From positions 133,057-197,056 of the forward strand of contig JAWKHS010000007.1 in NCBI GenBank assembly GCA_041394705.1: DNA of 64,000 nucleotides, in the 5' to 3' direction. The notes under the pieces are model-generated. The model ran no database searches, was not told the DNA's origin, and was given only the letters and a program-made list of their open reading frames with translations. Below, piece by piece: positions 39,647-49,713 of this stretch (positions within the stretch are counted from its first letter, which is position 1; every line of letters begins with the position of its first letter). This DNA is from Vicinamibacterales bacterium (lineage in GTDB: Bacteria > Acidobacteriota > Vicinamibacteria > Vicinamibacterales > UBA2999). The position numbers and the translations under genes were made by a program.

Positions 39647-40914
39647 CGCCGTCCTCGCGCCTTGCGCCGATCGTGGCGCTGGGGTTCTGCCTGGTCGCGG
39701 CGGCCGCCTCGGCGCAGCCGCGGTTCCCGGCGCCGGGCCGCGCCGCCCGCGGCCCCCGCTTCAGCGCCAACGTCTTCGGCGGCTGGGACGCGCCACTCTT
39801 CGACCCGAGCCCCGGGGCCTCGTTCAGGCCGCAGAGCCAGTGGTTCACGGGCGCCAACGTGAACGTCACCCTTCGAAAGTCGTGGCGGCGCTATTCGATG
39901 GCGACCCAGGCGAACATGTCGAACCGCTACTACCCGAAGTTCACGCCGTCGTACGCGCCCTCCTACGGGGCCGCGATCTCGTTCTCGTCGAACTACCGGG
40001 GACGGTGGCAGTGGGGGCTCGCGCAGTTCGCCCACTACGCGCCGTTCACGGCGGCCAGCCTCTTCGCGACGGCGCTCGATTCGAACGGACAGCTCCTGCA
40101 GCTGACGAGCGCCACCGACTTCCAGCAATCCACGATCCGCCAGGTGGACTCCAACACGACCGGCACGCTGTCGTACGCCCTGTCGCGGCGGACCTCGATC
40201 GGGTTCACCGCCCTGGCCGGCACACTGATCCCCATCGACTCGCCGGTGGCCCGCGCGCTACGGCTCAACGGCAGCCTGCGGCTCTCGCGCGCGCTCACCA
40301 GGAACCTGACCGGGTATCTCAGCTACAGCGTGTCGCAGAACCGGGTGTCGAGCCAGGGCACCGCCGCCGCCACGAACTACACCGTGAGCGGGTTCGACTT
40401 CGGCATCGACTTCTCCAGGGGACTCCAGCTCACCCGGAGCACGACCCTGGGATTCCACACGGGCCTGGTCAACGTCCCCGAGACGAATGGGAAGGCGTAC
40501 CAGTTGACGGGGAGCGTCAGCCTCGATCGGGCCTTCCGGAACGGCTGGAATGCGAGCATCGCGGCGCTCAGGGATGCACGATTCGTCCAGACCTACCGCA
40601 ACGCCGTGGTGTTCTACGGAGTGTCCGCCTCGGCGGCCGGGCGGCTGGCCGGCTCCCTCGGCTCGATCTTCTCGGCGAACTACTCGTCGGGTACCATTAA
40701 TGCTGCCAACGCCGTGGGGTTCAACAACACATCGGCGTCGGTGATGCTGCGATACGACGTGAAGCGGACGGTCGGGACCTTCGTCCAATACTCGCTGTTC
40801 CGATCCGACGTGGACGCTTCGTTCCTGCTGCCGGGTCAACCGGCGGGTCGGTTCGGCCGGCACAGCATTCGCGGCGGACTTTCCTTCGGCCTGAGCCCCT
40901 TCAGCCGCCCATAG
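39643..40914 (+). CDS. Predicted beta-barrel outer-membrane protein of unknown function (EPS-locus associated)
   Basis: Signal peptide MTPSSRLAPIVALGFCLVAAAASAQ. Alternating hydrophobic beta-strand pattern throughout, rich in S/T/N/Y/G. ATGA overlap with the export gene. Confidence 0.6.
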   Translation: MTPSSRLAPIVALGFCLVAAAASAQPRFPAPGRAARGPRFSANVFGGWDAPLFDPSPGASFRPQSQWFTGANVNVTLRKSWRRYSMATQANMSNRYYPKFTPSYAPSYGAAISFSSNYRGRWQWGLAQFAHYAPFTAASLFATALDSNGQLLQLTSATDFQQSTIRQVDSNTTGTLSYALSRRTSIGFTALAGTLIPIDSPVARALRLNGSLRLSRALTRNLTGYLSYSVSQNRVSSQGTAAATNYTVSGFDFGIDFSRGLQLTRSTTLGFHTGLVNVPETNGKAYQLTGSVSLDRAFRNGWNASIAALRDARFVQTYRNAVVFYGVSASAAGRLAGSLGSIFSANYSSGTINAANAVGFNNTSASVMLRYDVKRTVGTFVQYSLFRSDVDASFLLPGQPAGRFGRHSIRGGLSFGLSPFSRP

Positions 40915-40931
40915 ACGACGGAGCGACAGAC

Positions 40932-42503
40932 ATGCTGCCCGGCAAGAGCTACACCATCGACGACGTCGCCCGCATCGCGTGGCGCGGCAAGTGGATCGTG
41001 CTGGCCCCGGCGATCCTCACCTCGCTGCTCGCCGCGACCTACCTGCGGTTCGTACCGGACGTCTACCGCGCCGAGACGACGATCCTGGTCGTGGCCCAGC
41101 GCGTGCCGAGCGACATCGTCCGGACCACGGTCACCACCAACGTGCAGGACCGGCTGCGCTCCATCTCGCAGCAGATCCTGAGCCGCACGAGGCTCGAGCC
41201 CATCGTGCTCGACCTGAACCTGTACCCCGACCTCCGGCAGAAGGCGCCGATGGAGGACGTCATCGCCTACATGCGCCGCGAGGTGGACGTCACGACCATC
41301 CGCGGCGACGCGTTCGTCGTGGGCTACAAGTCCGAGAATCCCGTCCTCGCGCAGCAGGTGGCCGAGCGCCTCGCCTCGCTCTTCATCGAGGAGAACCTGC
41401 GCGACCGCGAAGTGCAGGCGGAAGCCACCAGCCAGTTCCTCGAGTCGCAGCTCAACGACGCCAGGCAGAAGCTCATCGAGCACGAGAAGCGGCTCGAGGC
41501 GTTCCGGATCCGAAACGCCGGCCAGCTGCCGACGCAGGTCAACAGCAACTTCCAGGCCGTCCAGACGCTCAACATGCAGGCCCAGGGCCTGAGCGACTCG
41601 CTGGATCGCGATCGCGACCGGCGCGCGGTGGTGGAACGCGCGCTCACCGATTTGATGGCGGCCGCCAAGGTGGACCCGACGGACGGCACGACGGTGGCGC
41701 AGGGCGATACCGCGCCGCCTCCAGGCTCAGCGGCGGCGGAGCTGGCGACGGCCCGCGAGGCCCTGCGGGTCCTCAAGACCCGCCTGACGCCCGAACATCC
41801 AGACGTGGTCCGCGGCGAGCGCATCGTGGCGGAAGCCGAGCGCAAGGCGAAGGCCGAGCGCGAAGCGGCGGCTGCGGCCGCGGCTGCGGGGGGCTCGAGC
41901 AGGCCCACGGCCACGATGTCGCCCGCGGAGCGCCAGGCGCGAAGCTATCGCGACGAACTCGACACGCTGGCGAAGAACATCACGGCCAAGGAGGAGCAGC
42001 TGGCCAAGGTGCAGGGCCAGATCACGGAATACCGCGGCCGCATCGAGTCGGTGCCGTCGCTCGAATCCGAGCAGACCGAGCTGATGCGCGACTACACGAC
42101 GCTCCAGCAGACCTACCAGTCGCTGCTGGCCAAGCGCCAGGAGGCGCAGATCGCCTCCAACGTCGAGCGGCGCCAGATCGGCGAGCAGTTCCGGGTGCTG
42201 GACCCGGCGCGCCGTCCCGAGAAGCCCTATTCGCCGAACCGCCCGCTCATCCAGGCGATCGGCACCGTCCTGGGCATCGCCATCGGCGTCGGCATCATCG
42301 TCCTGATGGAGCTGCGCGACAAGACGCTGCACATGGAATCGGACGTGCTCCAGGCGCTCAACCTGCCGGTGCTGGCGACGGTCCCGCGCATGCGCAACCG
42401 CGTGGAGCGCAGGCGCCACCTGCGGCAGGTGCTGGGGCTCTCAGGCGCGGCCGTGGCGGGCATCGCCGTAGCGGTCGCCATCGCCTGGAGCTGGCTCCGG
42501 TAG
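40932..42503 (+). CDS. Polysaccharide chain-length determinant protein (Wzz/PCP family, PEP-CTERM-locus type)
   Basis: N-terminal TM (WIVLAPAILTSLLAATYL), long coiled-coil periplasmic region, proline-rich motif RVLDPARRPEKPYSPNR, and a C-terminal TM. Confidence 0.85.
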   Translation: MLPGKSYTIDDVARIAWRGKWIVLAPAILTSLLAATYLRFVPDVYRAETTILVVAQRVPSDIVRTTVTTNVQDRLRSISQQILSRTRLEPIVLDLNLYPDLRQKAPMEDVIAYMRREVDVTTIRGDAFVVGYKSENPVLAQQVAERLASLFIEENLRDREVQAEATSQFLESQLNDARQKLIEHEKRLEAFRIRNAGQLPTQVNSNFQAVQTLNMQAQGLSDSLDRDRDRRAVVERALTDLMAAAKVDPTDGTTVAQGDTAPPPGSAAAELATAREALRVLKTRLTPEHPDVVRGERIVAEAERKAKAEREAAAAAAAAGGSSRPTATMSPAERQARSYRDELDTLAKNITAKEEQLAKVQGQITEYRGRIESVPSLESEQTELMRDYTTLQQTYQSLLAKRQEAQIASNVERRQIGEQFRVLDPARRPEKPYSPNRPLIQAIGTVLGIAIGVGIIVLMELRDKTLHMESDVLQALNLPVLATVPRMRNRVERRRHLRQVLGLSGAAVAGIAVAVAIAWSWLR

Positions 42504-42512
42504 CCGGACGCC

Positions 42513-43565
42513 ATGTACCACGAGTTCTACGGGCTGACCGAACGGCCCTTCGACCTCACGCCCAACACGCGATACCTGTACCTCACGCCCATGCACCGCG
42601 AGGCGCTGGCGGCGGTGCAGTACGGCATCACGTCGCGGCGCGGGATCATCGTGGTCACGGGCGAGGCCGGCACCGGCAAGACGACCATCGTCCGCGCGGC
42701 GCTGCGCGCGCTACGCGGCGAGAACGTCCGTCAGACCTACCTCAACAACCCCGCGCTCACGCGCGACGAGTTCCTGCAGTTCCTGGGGAAGGCGTACCGG
42801 CTCGGGCCTGACGCGGCGGAGTCGAAGACGGACCTCCTGTCGAAGCTGACGGCCGCGCTCGCCCGCAACCACGCGCAGGGCCAGATCACGGCGATGGTCG
42901 TGGACGAGGCCCAGAGCCTGCCGCACGAGCTCCTGGAGGAGATCCGGCTGCTGGCCAACATCGAGACCTCCACCGCGAAGCTGCTCCAGGTGGTGCTGGT
43001 CGGGCAGCCGGAACTGGCCGACCGCCTGAACGATCCCTCGCTGCGGCAGCTCAAGCAGCGCGTCGCCATCCGCGCCACGCTCAAGCCGCTGGATCTGCGC
43101 GCCACGGCCGCCCTCATCGCCGGCCGCATCCGCGTGGCCGGCGGCAATCCTCCCGAGATCTTCACGCCTGCAGCCGTCGAGTTGGTCTACCGATACTCCG
43201 GAGGAGTGGCGCGGACCATCAACGTGATCTGCGACAACGCGCTGCTCAGCGGCTTTGCGGCCGATCAGAAGCCGGTCGGCCCCGCGCTCGTGGAGGAAGT
43301 GTGCAAGGACTTCGACCTGACGCCTCGCGAAGCGCGCGCGAAGGCCGCGGGCCGCTCCGGAGCGGCCGAGCCGCCCAGAGCCACGCTGGCCACGCGAGGG
43401 GCCGCCACGCCAGGCGCGGCGGCCACGGCCGCGGAGCCGGCGCCCCTCCGGCCGGCCGCCAGCAACGGCGCGACGGTGGCGGAGCCGCCCGACGACGGCA
43501 AGTCGCGAGACATGTTCACCACCTTCCGGCACCGGCGCTGGTTTCCGTTCGGTAAGAGGTCATGA
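42513..43565 (+). CDS. ExeA-like AAA ATPase (PEP-CTERM/XrtA system-associated ATPase type)
   Basis: YHEFYGLTERPFDLTPNTRYLYLTPMHREAL, Walker A VTGEAGTGKTT, Walker B MVVDEAQ, LLQVVLVGQPEL. Confidence 0.85.
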   Translation: MYHEFYGLTERPFDLTPNTRYLYLTPMHREALAAVQYGITSRRGIIVVTGEAGTGKTTIVRAALRALRGENVRQTYLNNPALTRDEFLQFLGKAYRLGPDAAESKTDLLSKLTAALARNHAQGQITAMVVDEAQSLPHELLEEIRLLANIETSTAKLLQVVLVGQPELADRLNDPSLRQLKQRVAIRATLKPLDLRATAALIAGRIRVAGGNPPEIFTPAAVELVYRYSGGVARTINVICDNALLSGFAADQKPVGPALVEEVCKDFDLTPREARAKAAGRSGAAEPPRATLATRGAATPGAAATAAEPAPLRPAASNGATVAEPPDDGKSRDMFTTFRHRRWFPFGKRS

Positions 43566-44419
43566 GTCGTTTCGGCAAGGCCATCGAGCGCGCCCACTCC
43601 GGCGCCCCCAGCACGACGTCGCCCGCCATGGCGCCCACCGAGGCGCCCGACGACGCCGTGTTCGACGCGGCGTGGGACGTCAAGGACGCCCCTCCTCCCC
43701 CGCCGCCGGACCGTCCCGCGAGGGCCGTTCCGCGGTCGCTCGACGTGCATCCCGCGCTGTCGGAGAAGGTCGCCACGCCCACCGGGGCACCGACGGTCGC
43801 GCTGGAGCAGTACCGCAAGCTCGCCGCCAAGCTCCACCAGTGGCAGCTCGATCACGACGGCAAGGTCGTGATGATGGTGAGCGCCGTCGCGGGCGAGGGC
43901 AAGACCCTCACGACCGTGAACCTCGCGCTCACGCTCAGCGGGTCGTACCAGAAGCGCGTGCTGGTGATCGACTGCGACCTCAGGCGACCCACGATTCACG
44001 GCGCGTTCCAGATCGCGGGATCTCCGGGCGTCGCGGACATCGTCGAGCGCAGCGAGATCCCCGTCGTGCGCATCACCGAGCGTCTGTCGGTGGTCCCCGC
44101 GGGCCGGGTGGACGGGGATCCCATGGGCATCCTGACCTCGAACGCGATGGCGGCGCTCCTCGAGCACGCCCGCCGCGAGTACGACTGGGTCCTGCTCGAC
44201 ACGGCGCCGCTCGCCGTGCTGCCGGACGCCAACCTGCTCGCCGACCACGTGGACGGTTCGGTGCTGGTCGTGTCGGCTGGAGCCACGGCGTTCGAGCTCG
44301 TGGACACGGCCATTCGGGTCATCGGCAAGGAGCGCGTGCTGGGCGTCGTGCTCAACGGCGTCGATCCGCGTGACATGAGCACGGCGAACTACCACGCGGA
44401 CTACTACGGGAGGCGGTAA
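43562..44419 (+). CDS. Exopolysaccharide tyrosine autokinase-like ATPase (CpsD/CapB type, separate from its Wzz-like partner)
   Basis: Walker A SAVAGEGKTLT, A' VLVIDCDLRRP, B WVLLDTAPL. Tyr-rich tail NYHADYYGRR. ATGA overlap with the ATPase gene. Confidence 0.8.
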   Translation: MSRFGKAIERAHSGAPSTTSPAMAPTEAPDDAVFDAAWDVKDAPPPPPPDRPARAVPRSLDVHPALSEKVATPTGAPTVALEQYRKLAAKLHQWQLDHDGKVVMMVSAVAGEGKTLTTVNLALTLSGSYQKRVLVIDCDLRRPTIHGAFQIAGSPGVADIVERSEIPVVRITERLSVVPAGRVDGDPMGILTSNAMAALLEHARREYDWVLLDTAPLAVLPDANLLADHVDGSVLVVSAGATAFELVDTAIRVIGKERVLGVVLNGVDPRDMSTANYHADYYGRR

Positions 44420-44439
44420 CCCCGCGTCGGGGACCGGGC

Positions 44440-45828
44440 ATGGCAGGCCAGCTGGGTACCAGGACTCCTATCCTGGCGCTGCTCGAGACGGTCTCGATCG
44501 TCCTGGCCGTGACGTTGGCCGCCGCGATCCGGCTCGGCCCGGAATCCGGCATGGCGGTGCTGACCACGCCTGACGGCCTGCTCAGGGCGGGCGTCGTCGC
44601 CGGGATCTGCCAGCTCTGCCTGTTCTTCGCGGACATGTACGACCTGCGGGTCGTGTCCGACCGCCGCGAGCTCTTCGTGCGGCTGCTCCGGGCGCTGGCC
44701 GCCACCACCATCATCCTGGCGGTCGTCTACTACTGGGCGCCGACGCTGATCGTCGGCCGCGGCGTGTTCCTGCTGACGACGGCCTTCATCATCATCGCCA
44801 TCCTCGTCACGCGGCTGCTGTTCGAGTGGGCGACCGCCCAGGTCCAGCCCGGTGAGCGGCTGCTGCTCATCGGCTCGACGCCGGCGGCGGTGGCGCTCGC
44901 CCAGGAGATCCACGAACGCCAGACCGAGCTCGGCGTGGAGATCGTGGGCTTCGTCGAGCCCGACGCCGCCCGGGTCGGCACCTCGCTCTTCAACCCGGGC
45001 GTCATCGGCACCATCGACGACATCCCCCGGATCGTCCGCGAGCGCAGCGTGGACCGCGTGGTCGTCAGCCTCGCCGACGCCCGGGGACGCCTCGACATGG
45101 TCAAGCTGCTCGAGATCAAGCTGAGCGGCGTCACCTTCGACCACCTGGCGACGGTCTACGAGCAGTACACGGGCAAGATCGCCGTCGAGAACCTGCGTCC
45201 GAGCTGGATGATCTTCTCGGAAGGCTTCCGGAAGTCGCGGTCGCAGCTCGTGACGAAGCGGCTCCTCGACATCCTGGTCTCGTCGCTCGGCCTCGTGCTG
45301 GCGGCGCCGATCGCGGCGGTCGTGATGCTCCTCATCAAAGTGACGTCACACGGCCCGGTGTTCTACCGCCAGGAACGCGTCGGCCAGGACGGACGCACGT
45401 TCATGGTCCTGAAGTTCCGCTCGATGCGCGTGGACGCCGAGGAGGGCACCGGCCCGGTCTGGGCCACGAAGAACGACTCGCGCGTGACCCCGATCGGCGG
45501 CTTCCTGCGCCGCACGCGGCTCGACGAGATTCCGCAGCTGTGGAACGCGCTCCGCGGCGACATGAGCATGGTGGGCCCGCGTCCGGAACGTCCCGAGTTC
45601 GTCGCGGATCTCACGCGCCAGATCCCGTTCTACGGGCAGCGCCACGTGGTGAAGCCCGGCGTCACCGGCTGGGCGCAGGTGCGCTACACCTACGGCGCCA
45701 GCGTCGAGGACGCGCTCCAGAAGCTGCAGTACGACCTGTACTACATCAAGAACATGTCGGTGGCGCTCGACATCTTCGTCATGTTCCAGACGGTGAAGAC
45801 GGTCGTCATGCGCCGGGGGGCGTCGTGA
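44440..45828 (+). CDS. Polyprenyl-phosphate glycosyl-1-phosphate transferase (bacterial sugar transferase, priming enzyme)
   Basis: N-terminal TM helices. C-terminal KRLLDILVSSLGLVLAAP...VFYRQERVGQDGRTFMVLKFRSM...DEIPQLWNALRGDMSMVGPRPERPEF...KPGVTGWAQV. Confidence 0.9.
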   Translation: MAGQLGTRTPILALLETVSIVLAVTLAAAIRLGPESGMAVLTTPDGLLRAGVVAGICQLCLFFADMYDLRVVSDRRELFVRLLRALAATTIILAVVYYWAPTLIVGRGVFLLTTAFIIIAILVTRLLFEWATAQVQPGERLLLIGSTPAAVALAQEIHERQTELGVEIVGFVEPDAARVGTSLFNPGVIGTIDDIPRIVRERSVDRVVVSLADARGRLDMVKLLEIKLSGVTFDHLATVYEQYTGKIAVENLRPSWMIFSEGFRKSRSQLVTKRLLDILVSSLGLVLAAPIAAVVMLLIKVTSHGPVFYRQERVGQDGRTFMVLKFRSMRVDAEEGTGPVWATKNDSRVTPIGGFLRRTRLDEIPQLWNALRGDMSMVGPRPERPEFVADLTRQIPFYGQRHVVKPGVTGWAQVRYTYGASVEDALQKLQYDLYYIKNMSVALDIFVMFQTVKTVVMRRGAS

Positions 45829-46727
45829 GCGCGCCCGGCGCCGGCGCGCCGCCGCGGAACGCGATGACCGTCGACGTGGAGGACTACTTCCACGTCAGCA
45901 ACTTCGAGCGGGTGGTCGACCGCTCGTCGTGGGCGTCGCGCGAGAGCCGCGTCGAGGCCAACACCGAGCGCCTGCTGGCGCTCTTCCGCGAGGCGGGGGT
46001 CTCGGCGACGTTCTTCGTCCTGGCCTGGGTGGCCGAGCGCGTGCCCGGCCTGGTGCGCCGCATCGCCGCCGAGGGGCACGAAGTGGCCTCGCACGGCTAC
46101 GGCCACCGCCTGATCTACGACCAGACGCCTGACGCCTTCCGCGACGACGTCCGCCGCGCCAAGGGCCTGCTCGAGGACGCCTCGGGGCAGCGGGTGGACG
46201 GCTACCGGGCGCCGAGTTTCTCGGTGACCGCGCGCTCGCTGTGGGCGCTCGACGTCCTCATCGACGAGGGCTATACGTACGACTCGAGCATCTTCCCCGT
46301 GCATCACGATCGCTACGGCATTCCCGACGCCGAGCGGCACGCGGGCGTGGTGAGCCGCCCGGGCGGCACGATCGTGGAGGTGCCGGCGTCCACGGTGCGG
46401 CTGGCGGGCGTCAACTGGCCGATTGGCGGCGGCGGATACTTCCGGCTGCTGCCCTACGGATGGACGCGGTGGGGCATGCGGAGGGTGAACGACCTCGAGC
46501 GCGCGCCCGCCGTGTTCTACCTCCATCCGTGGGAGATCGATCCGGACCAGCCGCGGCTGGAGGCTCCGGCGCTGGCGCGCTACCGCCACTACCACAACCT
46601 GGACGACACCGAGCCGCGCCTCCGGCGCCTGCTCCAGGAGTTCCCGTTCGGCACCATGCGAGGTCTCATCGCGTCCGTGCCCCTGCCGCCCATCACGCTC
46701 GGTACGGCGGCGACCGGCGCGAGGTGA
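45825..46727 (+). CDS. Polysaccharide deacetylase (CE4-like; PEP-CTERM-locus subfamily type)
   Basis: Real gene is the 3' part of track ORF 45540..46727. MTVDVEDYFHV, ATFFVLAWVAERVPGLVRRIAAEGHEVASHGYGH, FYLHPWEIDPDQP. The GTG at 45825 overlaps the upstream stop (GTGA); ATG 45864 is an alternative. Confidence 0.85.
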   Translation: MSAPGAGAPPRNAMTVDVEDYFHVSNFERVVDRSSWASRESRVEANTERLLALFREAGVSATFFVLAWVAERVPGLVRRIAAEGHEVASHGYGHRLIYDQTPDAFRDDVRRAKGLLEDASGQRVDGYRAPSFSVTARSLWALDVLIDEGYTYDSSIFPVHHDRYGIPDAERHAGVVSRPGGTIVEVPASTVRLAGVNWPIGGGGYFRLLPYGWTRWGMRRVNDLERAPAVFYLHPWEIDPDQPRLEAPALARYRHYHNLDDTEPRLRRLLQEFPFGTMRGLIASVPLPPITLGTAATGAR

Positions 46728-46731
46728 GGGT

Positions 46732-47787
46732 GTGAGCGGACCGATCGATTCCCGGGCCCAACAGGGTCTCGCCGTTGACGCCTGCACCGATCCCGCCGCG
46801 TGGGACGCATACGTCGAGGCGCATCCCGACGCGTCGGGCTATCACCTGTGGGCGTGGCGCGGCATCTTCGAGGAGGTCTTCCGCCACCGCACGCACTACC
46901 TGGCGGCGCGGCGCGGTGGAGCGATCGCGGGCGTCCTGCCGCTCGTCTTCTTCCAGTCCCCGATCTTCGGACGCTTCGTCGTCTCGGTGCCGTTCCTGAA
47001 CTATGGGGGCGTGGTCGCCGACGACGATCTGGCGGCCGCAGCGCTCGTGGAACACGCGGGACGTCTGGCCCGCGAGCACAAGGCGACCCACCTCGAGCTC
47101 CGGCACGACCGGCGGCGCTTTTCCAATCTCGTGCCCAAGGAGCACAAGGTCGCGATGACCCTCGCGCTCCCCGGCGACGCGGACACGCTGTGGTCGGCCC
47201 TCGACCGCAAGGTGCGCAACCAGGTGCGCAAGGCGGAGAAGAGCGGCCTGACCGCCGAAACCGGGGGCAGCGAGCACCTGCGGGACTTCTACGCGGTGTT
47301 CTCGACGAACATGCGCGATCTCGGCACGCCCGTCTACTCCCCGAGGCTCTTCGAGGCGGTGCTCGCGAGGTTCCCGGACCGGACGCGGATCGTCGTCATC
47401 AGGCACGAAGGGCGCGCGGCGGCGGCCGGACTCACGTGGCGGTGGCGGGAACGGACCGAGGTGCCCTGGGCCTCCTCGCTCCGCGAGTTCAACCAGATGT
47501 CGCCGAACAACCTGCTCTACTGGACGATCCTGCGGGAGGCGATCGCCGCCGGCTGCACGCGCCTCGACTTCGGGCGTTCCACGCCGAACGAGGGCACGTT
47601 CCACTTCAAGAAGCAGTGGGGCGCGGAGCCGACGCCGCTCTGCTGGGAGTACGACGTGGTGACCGGCGCCCTGCCCGACCAGAGCCCCAAGAACCCCAAG
47701 TTCAGGCTCGCGATCCAGGCCTGGCAGAAGCTGCCGGTCGGCGTCGCCAACCTCCTCGGTCCGTCGATCGTCCGGTCGATCCCGTAG
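46732..47787 (+). CDS. FemAB-like/GNAT-fold protein (PEP-CTERM-locus-associated type)
   Basis: WDAYVEAHPDASGYHLWAWRGIFEEVF...LPLVFFQSPIFGRFVVSVPFLNYGG...NLLYWTILREAIAAGCTRLDFGRS...FHFKKQWGAEP. Confidence 0.8.
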   Translation: MSGPIDSRAQQGLAVDACTDPAAWDAYVEAHPDASGYHLWAWRGIFEEVFRHRTHYLAARRGGAIAGVLPLVFFQSPIFGRFVVSVPFLNYGGVVADDDLAAAALVEHAGRLAREHKATHLELRHDRRRFSNLVPKEHKVAMTLALPGDADTLWSALDRKVRNQVRKAEKSGLTAETGGSEHLRDFYAVFSTNMRDLGTPVYSPRLFEAVLARFPDRTRIVVIRHEGRAAAAGLTWRWRERTEVPWASSLREFNQMSPNNLLYWTILREAIAAGCTRLDFGRSTPNEGTFHFKKQWGAEPTPLCWEYDVVTGALPDQSPKNPKFRLAIQAWQKLPVGVANLLGPSIVRSIP

Positions 47788-47811
47788 GCAGCCGTCGCCG
47801 GCCGCCCACCT

Positions 47812-49608
47812 TCAGGGCACGACGAGTCGGACTTCCGGCGTGACCGGACCGACGCCCTGCGCGTTCACGGCGCGGAGGCGGAGGTAGTAGACGCCCGGCG
47901 CGACCCCGGGCGCGCTGAACGACGTGGCAACCGGCAGCGGGATCCCTGCGGCGAGATCCGACCGCCCCGGTCCCGTTCCCACCTCGACGAGATAGCCGGT
48001 CGGCGGCGCTCCGCGCTCCGGCGGGGACCACGTCAGTGTGACGCGGCGGGACTGATCGGCGGTGGCCCGGAATCCGTCCGGCGCGCCCGGCGGGCCGGTC
48101 GGGATCCCGCCGCCGCCGCCACCGCCGCCGCCCGATCCGCCCGTCACGTCGGTCACCGCTTCATTCGAGGGCGGACTGGATCCGCCGGGGCCGATGGCGC
48201 GGACGCGGAGGAAGTACCGGCCGGCTGGTACGCCCTGGGCGGTCAGCGTCAGCCCTGCCCCGACAGAAACGCCGTTGGCGATGTTGGATTGACCGGCGGC
48301 CGTGCCGGCGTCGACAACGAACCCGCTCACGCTGCCGACTTGCGGGAAGTCCCAGGTGAGCGTCAGGCTGGAGCCCGACGCCACGGCCCGCAGGTTCCCA
48401 GGGGCGCTCGGCGCGCTCACGGGAACGCTCGCGTTCGACGTGTACACGGATACGGTATTCAGGCCGTTGCCGAGATAACGGATCAGGTAGTACTCGCCGC
48501 GCACCGGGTTGAACGCGCCGCTCTGGATGAACTCGCCGGGTCCGGATCCCGGCATGTCGACGGTCGCGTACTGGCGGATGTCCCAGGGCTGCTTCAGCCC
48601 CTGCTTCACGGCCACGAGCTCCGCCATGTCGTACAGCTTCGCGACGAGGCGGTAGGGATAGCCCTTCGGCCCCTTCTGGTTGAGCGGATCGCTCAGGCTG
48701 TAGCAGTAGACGGCGTCGAGGTAGGGCAGGCCGTGCAGGTTCGGATCGCGCGTGGCGTACCCGTAGCAGGTGGGGCCGGAGGACTCCCGCTCGATGACGG
48801 CCAGCGTGCGCGAACCAGGCACGATGAAGGCGCCGCCCGACAGTTCCGAGCCGTTGTAGGCGTTGCTCGTGGGCGTGCCGTAGGTGAGGCACGAGGGCAC
48901 CGAGTGCGGGCAGCCCAGGAGCATCGTCATCGGGAAGCCGTTGCGCGTGACGTCCGCCGGGTTGAAGACCGTGAAGGCGGCACCGTAGCTGGCGCGCGAG
49001 ATGATCGACGTGTAGCCGGCTGTCGAGAACGCCGGACCGCCGAGGAGGGCGCGCCACTCCTGGGGAATGGGGGCCATCTGGCTCTTGACCATACCCGGGG
49101 CCACCGAGCCGGCGAAGGGCCCCGCCAGCGAGGTGAGCGATGGCCCGCACCAGTGGCTGGCCGTCGTCTGCCCGGTGGCGTCGTAGGAGATGTAGCCGGT
49201 GACGCAGAGGCGTCCGCCCTGCTCCAGGACCCCGCCGACCATCGGCCGGAACGCGGTGGGGTCCGGATGGATCTTCGCGATGTCCGCTCGTTTTGGCCCG
49301 AGGCAGGGGGCCACGACGCGGGCGAGCCCCCCGGCTCGGGGAATCTCGAGCTTGGCGATGCCGGTATCGTCCTGCTGGCAGGAAATGTAGAGGTAGTTCC
49401 CGTCCTCCGAGACGCCGATGGCGCCTCCGCCGTACGACAGGCTTCCCCCAGCCCCGTCGGACCAGTCGAACACGAAGGTATACGTGTGGAGCGACGAGAA
49501 GCCGCTGGGCGGGAGCAGCGGGAGCGACCGGGGATCCGCCTGGCCGTAGGCGGCGTGAGTACAGAGGACGAGCAGCAACGACAGGACGACTCGGCGGATT
49601 CGTGGCAT
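47812..49608 (-). CDS. Secreted protein: unassigned ~400-aa N-terminal domain + two Fn3-like modules joined by a poly-Gly linker (paralog A)
   Basis: Signal peptide MPRIRRVVLSLLLVLCTHAAYGQ. The N-terminal domain is shared with 49818-52184 (blocks GIAKLEIP, GYTSIISRASYGA, ERESSGPTCYGY, YLDAVYCYSLSDPLNQKGPKGYPYRLVAKLYD, NPVRGEYYLIRY). Fn3-like signatures RYFLRVRAIGPGGSSPPSNE and VYYLRLRAVNAQG. No C-terminal PEP-CTERM-like tail. Confidence 0.8.
   Translation of the reverse strand: MPRIRRVVLSLLLVLCTHAAYGQADPRSLPLLPPSGFSSLHTYTFVFDWSDGAGGSLSYGGGAIGVSEDGNYLYISCQQDDTGIAKLEIPRAGGLARVVAPCLGPKRADIAKIHPDPTAFRPMVGGVLEQGGRLCVTGYISYDATGQTTASHWCGPSLTSLAGPFAGSVAPGMVKSQMAPIPQEWRALLGGPAFSTAGYTSIISRASYGAAFTVFNPADVTRNGFPMTMLLGCPHSVPSCLTYGTPTSNAYNGSELSGGAFIVPGSRTLAVIERESSGPTCYGYATRDPNLHGLPYLDAVYCYSLSDPLNQKGPKGYPYRLVAKLYDMAELVAVKQGLKQPWDIRQYATVDMPGSGPGEFIQSGAFNPVRGEYYLIRYLGNGLNTVSVYTSNASVPVSAPSAPGNLRAVASGSSLTLTWDFPQVGSVSGFVVDAGTAAGQSNIANGVSVGAGLTLTAQGVPAGRYFLRVRAIGPGGSSPPSNEAVTDVTGGSGGGGGGGGGIPTGPPGAPDGFRATADQSRRVTLTWSPPERGAPPTGYLVEVGTGPGRSDLAAGIPLPVATSFSAPGVAPGVYYLRLRAVNAQGVGPVTPEVRLVVP
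48106..48132 (-). repeat. (GCC)n simple-sequence tract encoding a 9-Gly run inside paralog A
   Basis: Read directly. Plus-strand in-frame triplets ccc gcc gcc gcc gcc acc gcc gcc gcc give GGGGGGGGG in the linker TGGSGGGGGGGGGIP. Confidence 0.9.
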
Positions 49609-49669
49609 CAGCGGAGCTGGGAAAGAGGTCGAATTCTACCCAGACTTCGCCTGGGACCGCCCGCCCATT

Positions 49670-49685
49670 GGCAAGAACGGCACCA
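49670..49685 (-). promoter_or_regulatory. Candidate sigma54 (-24/-12) promoter TGGTGC-CGTTC-TTGCC upstream of paralog A
   Basis: Reverse complement of plus-strand GGCAAGAACGGCACCA. Correct GG-N10-GC spacing. About 60 nt upstream of ATG 49608. Shares CCGTTCTTGC with 37827-37842. Confidence 0.55.
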
Positions 49686-49713
49686 GATCGGTCAATCGCT
49701 ATAAGTTATTTTA

